Virus record (IMG/VR): IMGVR_UViG_3300035140_000023
Span: 1 to 49,262 of that record
Source: a virus
Lineage: Duplodnaviria > Caudoviricetes
Length of the DNA: 49,262 nt
Direction: 5' to 3' (one strand)
Each line of letters opens with the position of its first letter. Position 1 is the stretch's first letter. A program made the position numbers and the translations under genes. Of this stretch, positions 1 through 7,472 are shown piece after piece. The notes beneath the pieces were generated by a model, which worked only from the letters and a program-made list of their open reading frames with translations, was not told the origin of the DNA and ran no database searches.

Positions 1-127
1 CCTTCACTCACACAACATTTCAATCTGCCACTTGTACACCCATCCGACCAATCCATCCCGCCCTTCCACCTGATAGGAAAAGCCCCAGTTTCCACGCGGC
101 CCCTGCATTACTATCACCACTTCGCCA
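1..127. repeat. Terminal direct repeat (copy 1); circularisation overlap
   Basis: Bases 1-127 are identical to 49136-49262, and reading frames continue across the junction. Confidence 0.97.
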
Positions 128-489
128 TCGAATAAGTCTACTCCCAACGGCTCGGTAAGCTGGTGGTTGGCATACAGACGCGCCAATCCGGTAATGGTTG
201 CCTGACGCGGCACGTAACAAAATACCTCTTTCGTCGGCGTTGGTTCGTCCGTTGGCGACGGCGATATGTTTACGGCAGTCAACGTATAGGTTGCCGACGG
301 CGTGTTGGTAGGCCAGGGCGTGACGGTTGCCGGTGGCGTGGGGCTGATGGCGATAGGGCCGATAGTGCAGCCGGACAATAACCAGACCAATACCATCACC
401 CCCGCGCCCATCAGCAGCGCCCGCTTGTGTTCCCACGCCCACAAAAAGGAGGCGTAGAGCAGCATTCGCCAGCCGTCATTCAGGTTCAT
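4..489 (-). CDS. Membrane-anchored/lipoprotein-like protein with Pro/Thr linker and C-terminal SH3-like domain
   Basis: Hydrophobic stretch ending in LLSGC (lipobox-like), PTP-rich linker, C-terminal 'GEVVIV...YQVEGRDGLVGWVYKW' typical of SH3b. Confidence 0.65.
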   Translation of the reverse strand: MNLNDGWRMLLYASFLWAWEHKRALLMGAGVMVLVWLLSGCTIGPIAISPTPPATVTPWPTNTPSATYTLTAVNISPSPTDEPTPTKEVFCYVPRQATITGLARLYANHQLTEPLGVDLFDGEVVIVMQGPRGNWGFSYQVEGRDGLVGWVYKWQIEMLCE

Positions 490-622
490 GGGTTATCTCG
501 TCTTCGATAAAGCGTATCCACATTTCAGGATTACGCCGCATAGACGATACCACAGTTGCAATGCCGAGAATATAGGCAAGTAACATGAAGAATATGACAA
601 TTCCGCCAATCAATAATCCCAT
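476..622 (-). CDS. Small membrane protein (48 aa)
   Basis: Read by hand: MGLLIGGIVIFFMLLAYILGIATVV...; overlaps both neighbours; below the ORF-track cutoff. Confidence 0.6.
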   Translation of the reverse strand: MGLLIGGIVIFFMLLAYILGIATVVSSMRRNPEMWIRFIEDEITHEPE

Positions 623-795
623 CACTCTTTCTCGCTTTCCGCTTCCAGGTGGGCTTTGACATTCTTATATGCGTCAATGTAACCCCTAGATCGAGCCACC
701 AACCGTGCATTGTTGAGTTTCATTGCGACCTTTAATCGTGCTGTATTCTGTTCAATCTGTTCATCCAGCCACTTTAGTAGCGCGTCTTTATCCAT
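622..795 (-). CDS. Hypothetical protein
   Basis: Start at MDKDALL with GAGGA RBS; coupled to neighbours. Confidence 0.65.
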   Translation of the reverse strand: MDKDALLKWLDEQIEQNTARLKVAMKLNNARLVARSRGYIDAYKNVKAHLEAESEKE

Positions 796-1033
796 TGGTA
801 TCCTCACTAAGATTAATTGTAATCGCAAATTTAACCTGCTGTGTAATGCCGTCTTTATCAAAATTGATTTTAAGATCGGCACTGCTTTTTATATTAGGAC
901 GTTGGCGCAAATCATCGGGTAACGTTTGACTTTGCATAAGCAGACGCATTACTTCCTTGTCAATGTAATGCGCTAAAGATCGTAGCGCTATGTCTGATTC
1001 AGTGATTACTTTGTCCATTTTTCCATTCTCCAT
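788..1033 (-). CDS. Hypothetical protein
   Basis: 81-aa ORF with AGGA RBS in the leftward operon. Confidence 0.6.
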   Translation of the reverse strand: MENGKMDKVITESDIALRSLAHYIDKEVMRLLMQSQTLPDDLRQRPNIKSSADLKINFDKDGITQQVKFAITINLSEDTNG

Positions 1034-1076
1034 TTCCTGCCTTATTTTATAGTGCAGGCTAAATTATACCTAAACG

Positions 1077-1355
1077 TCACGTTTCGCTTGAATTTAGCCC
1101 GTTTTGCGGCGATTCTAGGGGTATCCAGATAACAGGTGTGATCCGGAACCACGCATGATTCGCCTTGCTGCCAAACGGTTCACACTCCCACATGGGATAG
1201 CGATACTTGCCAACGCACCATTCCCGATACTCCCACCCGCGATACGGAACGCTGGCCTGCGCCCGTTCCAGCGTGGCATAGATGCCCGCATAGGTACGGT
1301 ACGCGCGGCGCGGTGACCAGCCGGGATGCAACCATTCGACGGCGTAGTCAGGCAT
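1077..1355 (-). CDS. Hypothetical protein
   Basis: 92-aa ORF, stop/start overlap with the upstream gene. Confidence 0.65.
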   Translation of the reverse strand: MPDYAVEWLHPGWSPRRAYRTYAGIYATLERAQASVPYRGWEYREWCVGKYRYPMWECEPFGSKANHAWFRITPVIWIPLESPQNGLNSSET

Positions 1356-1576
1356 TAGGATTCTACATTCTCGTCTGTATGATAGGCTAGATACTTATCA
1401 ATAATCTGCATATAGATAGCGGCTTCTTTTGTCTGCTCAAGAGAACGTTTTAACCATTTCTGACGTACATCACTAAAGCGACTTGCCTCTGCAATAGCCA
1501 AATCTGCTTCAGCCTGTTTTTCATGTTGCAATAATTTGCTGGCTAACCACATATGAAAATCATCTATATAGTCCAT
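1355..1576 (-). CDS. Hypothetical protein
   Basis: Likely start MDYIDDF (TGATG overlap). Confidence 0.6.
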   Translation of the reverse strand: MDYIDDFHMWLASKLLQHEKQAEADLAIAEASRFSDVRQKWLKRSLEQTKEAAIYMQIIDKYLAYHTDENVES

Positions 1577-1740
1577 CACGCCGCCCGCCTCACATACCAG
1601 ACCGGCCTCGCCTCGCCCAACGCCGCCCGCAGCCGTAGCCATTCCGCACGGGTCAACTTGCGCTTGAACACGCGGTCACTAACGAAGTGTTCCAGGCCGC
1701 AGTCTATCAGGATGATTGCGCCGGGGTCAGTCGGTGTCAT
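1576..1740 (-). CDS. Hypothetical protein
   Basis: Likely start MTPTDP after AAGGAGG RBS. Confidence 0.55.
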   Translation of the reverse strand: MTPTDPGAIILIDCGLEHFVSDRVFKRKLTRAEWLRLRAALGEARPVWYVRRAA

Positions 1741-2167
1741 GGGATGCCTCCTTATCGCGTTCCATCTGCAACCACGCCAAGCAGATGGCAGTGGCGGGGT
1801 CTTCATTGTTAAAACAAGGGATGTCTTCCGGTAATTCGTAATCATCGGGGTTTCCCCTTACCCGCCAATGGAATGGATACCCGCCTGTATAATATAGTGT
1901 CCATCCTGGCATTATCGCCAGCAAATCCCGCGCCGCCGCATTCAGGTCGGTGGGCCAGTTCGGAATCCATTCAAATTCGCAACATATCGGAAAAACCTCA
2001 TCCAGTTCATGTTGAGCGGATAACCACGTATTCTTGATCTTGCCATTGGGATAAACTAAACACCAATCCCCATTAGCACTAAGATAGAGAGTATATCCCA
2101 ACCGGGTGGCAATTTCCCGCCGCATCTCGTCGGGTGTCATCTGGTCAATTAGTTTTTGGTCACTCAT
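1727..2167 (-). CDS. Phage ABA-sandwich-like (BC1872-like) protein
   Basis: 'EIATRLG...PNWPTDLNAA...PATAICLAWL' pattern typical of this family; start MSDQK. Confidence 0.55.
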   Translation of the reverse strand: MSDQKLIDQMTPDEMRREIATRLGYTLYLSANGDWCLVYPNGKIKNTWLSAQHELDEVFPICCEFEWIPNWPTDLNAAARDLLAIMPGWTLYYTGGYPFHWRVRGNPDDYELPEDIPCFNNEDPATAICLAWLQMERDKEASHDTD

Positions 2168-2336
2168 TAGCTTGTTCCTTGTAATGCCGCGCCCAACAAC
2201 GCGCCTCCCCGGTTTTGCGTACCCATTCGTCACGATTACGCCAAAGTTTATATGCTAGCTTACGATAATGATTCGCCTCCTTTTGTAACATCGCAACCTG
2301 CGCTTCCAATTCGGTGATGCGCTTTTGGTCACTCAT
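2160..2336 (-). CDS. Hypothetical coiled-coil protein
   Basis: Start MSDQKRITELE; coupled to neighbours. Confidence 0.6.
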   Translation of the reverse strand: MSDQKRITELEAQVAMLQKEANHYRKLAYKLWRNRDEWVRKTGEARCWARHYKEQANE

Positions 2337-2541
2337 GGGCTTGCCTCTTTTTATCATTCCACACGAGATACCCACACTTAATTTCTAAACGCACACGTTC
2401 CATTGCATCCAACCAACCGACCGTATGAGCATAGTTGAATTGGCGCTGGTCGTCAAAATCAGAGAACGGAATACCATCGTCCGCGTGGGCTTTTGCCAAT
2501 GTGATTTCTTCGTCTAACCATTCGTGAATTGATTTACTCAT
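2329..2541 (-). CDS. Hypothetical protein
   Basis: 70 aa with GAGG RBS. Confidence 0.65.
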   Translation of the reverse strand: MSKSIHEWLDEEITLAKAHADDGIPFSDFDDQRQFNYAHTVGWLDAMERVRLEIKCGYLVWNDKKRQAHE

Positions 2542-2788
2542 GGTCTACCTCGCTATCCGGTAAGCCTACATAGGATGGCACCAGTTCGATTCCCAACTGC
2601 TCCAAAATGCGCAGCACATTGGACAGACGCGGGTCAATGTCGCCACGTTCAATGTTGGCGACGGTATTACGCGCTACCTTTGCCCGCCGCGCCAATTCAG
2701 ATTGTGACATCCCAAACGCGCGGCGCTGGGCTTCAATCACGCGCAAGGTTTCTAAGTCCGCTTTGGTATACTCCCACATTTTTGTCAT
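2534..2788 (-). CDS. XRE-family HTH regulator (cI/Cro-like)
   Basis: 'RRAFGMSQSELARRAKVARNTVANIERGDIDPRLSNVLRILEQLG' is an HTH_3 signature; first gene of the divergent operon. Confidence 0.9.
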   Translation of the reverse strand: MTKMWEYTKADLETLRVIEAQRRAFGMSQSELARRAKVARNTVANIERGDIDPRLSNVLRILEQLGIELVPSYVGLPDSEVDHE

Positions 2789-2819
2789 GTCATTTTCCTA
2801 CGCAAACTTGTAAATCATA

Positions 2820-2856
2820 TTGACACATTGTACAGCATTTGGTATACTATTGTCAA
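2820..2856. promoter_or_regulatory. Overlapping divergent sigma70 promoters
   Basis: Plus strand: TTGACA(2820-25)-17 bp-TATACT(2843-48) with TGn. Minus strand: TTGACA(2856-51)-18 bp-TACAAT(2832-27). Confidence 0.85.
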
Positions 2857-2925
2857 GCAATTCACCCGACTCCCCCGCTATCGCTATCGGTAGGGCAGGG
2901 GGATAGCAAGTGAGAAGGAAATAGA

Positions 2926-3147
2926 ATGAAAACCTATCAGCAGTACATTACCGACAAAGAAGCGGCCAAACGGGAAAGCTTCATCCTGGCGGTTCAGACC
3001 ATGCAAGCGCTTGATCGCATGGACGCAGCCGAGCGTGATGAGGACTGGGACGACTACCGGCAACTTATTACCACCGAAGTGAACCGGCTGGCGTTGGAAT
3101 TGCCGGTTTTGTTTGTCAAGCGCATTTATGAGGAGAGCCAATCGTGA
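2926..3147 (+). CDS. Hypothetical protein
   Basis: First rightward gene, AAGGA RBS. Confidence 0.7.
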   Translation: MKTYQQYITDKEAAKRESFILAVQTMQALDRMDAAERDEDWDDYRQLITTEVNRLALELPVLFVKRIYEESQS

Positions 3148-4196
3148 CGACCACACAAGAGTTATCCAATGAATTGACCGGGCGCAGTGGTGAGGAGCGC
3201 CGGGTAACGCGGGAACCGGAAGTGGAAATTGTTGAGGCATCTCCGATAGTTTGCAACGTTAACAAAGACATGGCGACCTTATACGGAAAGATGGCTATCA
3301 TTATGGGTATTGTGGGATCAGTGGCACGAGATGGTACTAACGCCCATTTTAATTACAAGTTCCAGCGCTCCGATGATGTTTACAATGCAGTTCGCAAGGC
3401 GATGGCTGAACAAAAAATCGCCTTCTTTTGCAGCATGACAGAGGTTAGTCGTACCGGAAAAATTACCTATGCCACCTTCCAATTCACTTTGGCCTGTGGT
3501 GATACCGGTGCAACCATGACCAGTCAATGGCATGGTGAGGCGATGGACAGCGGCGACAAAGGCATTAATAAAGTGGCGACGGCAGCAACCAAATATTTCC
3601 TACTGAAGACATTTCTCATTGGTGATCCAGGCGAGGTAGACCCTGATAGCGAAAGCGGTATTCCTGAAACGTCATCCAAAACCAAACGACCCACCCCATC
3701 CGCCGACACAAAACCGGACGCGCCAAATGAAAACAATGCAGCTTCGAATACACCCGAAAAACCTGCCAATCTCCCCCAAGCGATTGTAGACAAATGGGAA
3801 CCGGCAATGGCGTTTATGTATCCAAAAGACGAAGGCGGTTTTCATCGTCGGGGAACACTCAAACAGATGTATGACGATGGTATATTAACTGAAGACACTC
3901 CAGGTGGGCGCATGTTGGAATTGGTTTTAGAACGTCGGGCATTCAGAAACGAAAACATGCTGCTGAGTTTGAACATGGTTTTTCAGGAACTGTCCAAAGC
4001 TCTGGACGATGGCACTGAAATAACCTCATGGGCGGATTGGTATGGTAAGGTGATTGATCGCAAGCCTGAACGTACTATTCAAGAAGCATGGGACGTGCTA
4101 AAGGCTTATGCGCAACATAGCAAAGACCAACCCGCCAAAGCCAAGACAGAACAGGCGATGTTGCCCGGCACGCCGCCGGTGGATGTCCCATTCTGA
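3144..4196 (+). CDS. ERF-family single-strand annealing protein
   Basis: 'DGTNAHFNYKF...GEAMDSGDKGINKVATAATKYFLLKTFLI...DPD' ERF motif; acidic 'DVPF' C-terminus. Confidence 0.85.
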   Translation: MTTTQELSNELTGRSGEERRVTREPEVEIVEASPIVCNVNKDMATLYGKMAIIMGIVGSVARDGTNAHFNYKFQRSDDVYNAVRKAMAEQKIAFFCSMTEVSRTGKITYATFQFTLACGDTGATMTSQWHGEAMDSGDKGINKVATAATKYFLLKTFLIGDPGEVDPDSESGIPETSSKTKRPTPSADTKPDAPNENNAASNTPEKPANLPQAIVDKWEPAMAFMYPKDEGGFHRRGTLKQMYDDGILTEDTPGGRMLELVLERRAFRNENMLLSLNMVFQELSKALDDGTEITSWADWYGKVIDRKPERTIQEAWDVLKAYAQHSKDQPAKAKTEQAMLPGTPPVDVPF

Positions 4197-4300
4197 GTAA
4201 TCGCATAACGCACCGCCGCCCCGATGGGAATTGGCGCAAAGGGTGACACAAAGAGAGCGACAGGTTGCGTCGGGGCGTATATCAAAAGGAAAGGGAAAAC

Positions 4301-4939
4301 ATGATTTTTCAGCATACATGGCAACAGGTATTGGACGGGAGTAAAACCCAGACGCGGCGGATAAAACAATGGCATCATATAGCCGATGGTGACTATGCTC
4401 ATTGCTCAGAGGTTGATGGCATCTGCTATTATTCCTATGATAAAAAAGCACCTGCGCCTATAGACCCTATTTATCATATGAAATGCGATTATGTGTATAT
4501 GGATGGATGTGCTGGCAAACTCAAGACTATTCAATCGGTTTGGATTGATGGTGGGCGACTCTTATGGCACGTCGGCAAAACCTACGCCGTCCAACCCGGA
4601 CGCGGCAAGAAAGCCATCGCCCGTATTCGCCTCACCGCCATTCGCCAGGAGCATGTGCAGGACATCAGTTGGCGCGATGGATTAAAGGAAGGATTGCAAT
4701 CCTGGTATGGGTTGGGAAAGCCACCATTGGGATGCTTTCAGGATTATCATAGTTGGGAACATCCAGAAGAGTTTATCATTACCTATCAACCAAAAAATAT
4801 CATTACAGCTTACGCCGAACTCTGGGATAGCATCAACACGAAACCAGGGACACGGTGGGAGGATAACCCGCTCGTTTGGGTGCTTGAATTTGAACTGGTC
4901 AAATCCGCCGAGGCGGAGTGGGGAGGTAAGGTATGTTAA
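4301..4939 (+). CDS. ASCH-domain protein
   Basis: 'VLDGSKTQTRR', 'IRLTAIRQEHVQDIS..D...EG' and 'WEDNPLVWVLEF' phage ASCH motifs. Confidence 0.8.
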   Translation: MIFQHTWQQVLDGSKTQTRRIKQWHHIADGDYAHCSEVDGICYYSYDKKAPAPIDPIYHMKCDYVYMDGCAGKLKTIQSVWIDGGRLLWHVGKTYAVQPGRGKKAIARIRLTAIRQEHVQDISWRDGLKEGLQSWYGLGKPPLGCFQDYHSWEHPEEFIITYQPKNIITAYAELWDSINTKPGTRWEDNPLVWVLEFELVKSAEAEWGGKVC

Positions 4940-5175
4940 ATGTACAGCGCAAATTCGCCGCCAACTTGAAACAGCAGCGCCGGGATTACAATTTAAACCA
5001 GGCACAACTGGCCCTCCGCGTCGGATGCCACGAACACACCGTATCTGACTGGGAATGCAGCAAGCGGCTGCCCAACCCCGACCAGCAGCGGGCGTTACGG
5101 GCGGTGTTTGGCGATACGGCGCTGCTGGATGTACGCGCGTTGGCGGCGTATGAGGACATGCGACATGAACATTAA
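4933..5175 (+). CDS. XRE-family HTH regulator
   Basis: 'NLKQQRRDYNLNQAQLALRVGCHEHTVSDWECSKRLP'. Confidence 0.85.
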   Translation: MLNVQRKFAANLKQQRRDYNLNQAQLALRVGCHEHTVSDWECSKRLPNPDQQRALRAVFGDTALLDVRALAAYEDMRHEH

Positions 5176-5392
5176 ACATGCATGGTGGGTTTACCGCCGG
5201 GTTATTTTTCTCGTGCAAGTGTTAGCCTCACGTGACCCCTACAGCGGCATTGCCCATCTGTGCGAAGCTTGGGAGGTGGAACCGGGGCCGAATCCATCTG
5301 CTACTATTATCCGATTAGCACGATTCACGATAGACCATGCTAAGTCTGAGCGCAATGCGTTGGCGGCGTATGAAGACATAAGGAAACCGTAA
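5165..5392 (+). CDS. Hypothetical protein
   Basis: Start MNIKHAWW overlapping the upstream gene; ends ALAAYEDIRKP. Confidence 0.55.
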   Translation: MNIKHAWWVYRRVIFLVQVLASRDPYSGIAHLCEAWEVEPGPNPSATIIRLARFTIDHAKSERNALAAYEDIRKP

Positions 5393-5410
5393 GCAAGCGA
5401 ATTGTATCTA
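5377..5410 (+). repeat. Intergenic linker repeat copy 1 (34 bp)
   Basis: cataaggaaaccgtaagcaagcgaattgtatcta, identical to 5705-5738. Confidence 0.95.
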
Positions 5411-5423
5411 GGGAGGAAATGCC

Positions 5424-5660
5424 ATGAGCAGACCATCAATTGATGAACTGGCGCAACTTTTTTATGACCTGCAAGAGGCCATCTGGGAGAATTGGGAACA
5501 AACTTCGGAGTATCTCAGGGAAACTGGATATATTCGCCAACCCGATGAGCGTCTAACACTGGAACAAATCACTATTCAACTTACCAACATCGCAAATAAG
5601 CAACGTCATTTCAGTATGGATAAGGTGACAACCGGGGCGCGGCGAAAGTGGAGGAGGTAA
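5424..5660 (+). CDS. Hypothetical protein
   Basis: GGAGG RBS directly after the linker repeat. Confidence 0.7.
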   Translation: MSRPSIDELAQLFYDLQEAIWENWEQTSEYLRETGYIRQPDERLTLEQITIQLTNIANKQRHFSMDKVTTGARRKWRR

Positions 5661-5704
5661 TGCGTTACAAGACTATGTGGATAAAACAATCCAAGCCCGC
5701 CTAG

Positions 5705-5738
5705 CATAAGGAAACCGTAAGCAAGCGAATTGTATCTA
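5705..5738 (+). repeat. Intergenic linker repeat copy 2
   Basis: Exact 34-bp copy. Confidence 0.95.
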
Positions 5739-5746
5739 TGGAGGGA

Positions 5747-6055
5747 ATGATGGTTAAATGGTTTAAGAATCAAGTCACGGGAATCGAATTGAAGATTCGC
5801 ACGGCATTTGTACCGAGTGCTTCTGTAACAATTCACCGCAAGGTATGCCGAACAGCTCGTCATGTTGACATCGAAACTGGTGAGAAATTTCACACATCTC
5901 ATCAGGTTGTATGGCGTGATCGGCACTATGATATTATCACGCCATCATCCATCAAGCGCGTGCTGCGTGTTCAGTACATACTTGCCGAGCGTATTTTCGA
6001 GGACGCAGAAGAGTATGCCTTAGCGCAAAATGCCGACCATAACCTGCCAGTCTAG
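5747..6055 (+). CDS. Hypothetical protein
   Basis: GGAGG RBS directly after the linker repeat. Confidence 0.7.
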   Translation: MMVKWFKNQVTGIELKIRTAFVPSASVTIHRKVCRTARHVDIETGEKFHTSHQVVWRDRHYDIITPSSIKRVLRVQYILAERIFEDAEEYALAQNADHNLPV

Positions 6056-6075
6056 CATAAGGAAACCGTAAGCAA
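6052..6075 (+). repeat. Intergenic linker repeat copy 3 (partial)
   Basis: ctagcataaggaaaccgtaagcaa, identical to 5701-5724. Confidence 0.9.
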
Positions 6076-6109
6076 CGCAAAACAAACGCAATTGTAACGC
6101 GGAAACGAC

Positions 6110-6138
6110 TTGACAGATTGGCAATTGTCGGTTAATCT
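6110..6138 (+). promoter_or_regulatory. sigma70 promoter of the replication operon
   Basis: TTGACA-17 bp-TAATCT. Confidence 0.65.
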
Positions 6139-6152
6139 AATATCAACAATTT

Positions 6153-6270
6153 GAGGGTTCAGCGGCCCGTATAGCAATGGAGAAAAACCTTTTTGAAGAG
6201 GGTTTCTATTGTATCTATCTCCAGGATATAGTGGAAACGCTGAACCCTCCCCAAAAGGGTTTTTTGTTTC
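6153..6270 (+). ncRNA. Candidate structured leader/attenuator RNA
   Basis: 12-bp perfect inverted repeat 6153-64/6238-49 enclosing two hairpins; overlaps a terminator-like aaccct/agggtt stem with U tract. Confidence 0.55.
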
Positions 6271-6282
6271 TCAGGAGGAATA

Positions 6283-6651
6283 ATGCACGACAACAATACC
6301 CCTCACACAGTAATCGGTGGAATGCTTGGCTATCGCTGTAGTAAATTGCCCTGGCCACGCCAAGCGCGATTACGGGTAACGGAATTTTTAACGGATACCC
6401 CCCTCTTTACCATCAAAAGCAGCCTGGACGTTCCCTCGTGGAAAATACGGGATGTCCTTGACAGCATTCACCCCGATTGGCAATTGGAAGAATACTTCCC
6501 CACACCAGTACAAACCGACCGTCAACTTCGGGCGCTATGTGAAAAGTTCAGTAATGATATTGTGGCAAAGATAGGCCGTCCATCAGACTACCCCACACAA
6601 AAAGCTATCAACGCCGCATTGAATAAGATATATCGTGAGGCAGTGAAATGA
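6283..6651 (+). CDS. Hypothetical protein
   Basis: AGGAGG RBS, 122 aa. Confidence 0.75.
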   Translation: MHDNNTPHTVIGGMLGYRCSKLPWPRQARLRVTEFLTDTPLFTIKSSLDVPSWKIRDVLDSIHPDWQLEEYFPTPVQTDRQLRALCEKFSNDIVAKIGRPSDYPTQKAINAALNKIYREAVK

Positions 6652-7472
6652 GCGAGAAAATTCAATCTGAATCATCACCCCATCGTTACTTTACCATGAT
6701 GCTCAACATGGCTGAGGAGGATTTAGACCCTTACGAATACCGATTGCTGGCCCATTATGTGCGCTGGTCATCCAATGGTGATATTCGAGAGGGTATTCGC
6801 ACGACAGCTACCAAATGCAAAATGAGCGTTACGAAGGTGCGAGCGGCGCGGGAATCGTTGGTTAAGTCGGGTTATTTGAAAGTCATCCCGCCAGCCAAAA
6901 AAGGACAAACGACAACCATTATTGTTATTGATCGTTGGGCGGAAAACGTATTGCGTTTCACACGTCCAAAACCCGCAGATGACAGTAAGTGTGCTAAATC
7001 TGATACAGCTAGTGTGTCAAATATAACACACATAGAAGAACCTATAGAAGAACAAGTTACTCCTAACGGAGTAAGCGCCAACACTTCAACTGATGAAAAG
7101 CCCAAGTCAAAACGCAGTGAGAAGCAACTTGCGAATGATGCTCTGGTCAAAGCGTTAGTTGAAGCCTGTGAGGTAGAAGCTAGTAATGGGGAGTATGGTA
7201 ATTACTTACGGATTGCTCAGAAATTGACCAAAGACATCCCATCGGCTGAATTTCCAGACTTTGTTACGTTTGTAAAAAAACTGGCTGAAAAGGACAAGTG
7301 GACTTTCACGGTCAATAGTTTGGTGAGTGGCAAAATCTTGCCGATGAGTTTATACCTGACCTCAAAAAAGAAAACACCAACAGCACAACAGGAAGTTATC
7401 GAAGATGATATTGAATGGGTACTGCCCTCAGAGCAGCCCATCATCCAGTATGACACGGGGCGGGGCGCATGA
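6648..7472 (+). CDS. Replication initiator (lambda O-like, N-terminal winged HTH)
   Basis: 'LDPYEYRLLAHY...IRTTATKCKMSVTKVRAARESLVKSGYL' wHTH; central repeat-bearing linker; upstream of the helicase. Confidence 0.75.
   Translation: MSEKIQSESSPHRYFTMMLNMAEEDLDPYEYRLLAHYVRWSSNGDIREGIRTTATKCKMSVTKVRAARESLVKSGYLKVIPPAKKGQTTTIIVIDRWAENVLRFTRPKPADDSKCAKSDTASVSNITHIEEPIEEQVTPNGVSANTSTDEKPKSKRSEKQLANDALVKALVEACEVEASNGEYGNYLRIAQKLTKDIPSAEFPDFVTFVKKLAEKDKWTFTVNSLVSGKILPMSLYLTSKKKTPTAQQEVIEDDIEWVLPSEQPIIQYDTGRGA
6988..7053. promoter_or_regulatory. Putative iteron origin inside the initiator gene
   Basis: agtgtgctaaatctgataca / agtgtgtcaaatataacaca imperfect 20-mers, followed by atagaagaac x2. Confidence 0.5.

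Noticed and set aside
1-127. 127-bp terminal repeat as a biological DTR
   Set aside because: The length matches a common assembler k-mer and it falls within a gene, so it indicates circularity only
5377-6075. 34-bp repeats as a CRISPR array
   Set aside because: The intervening segments are about 300 bp and contain genes; no cas genes
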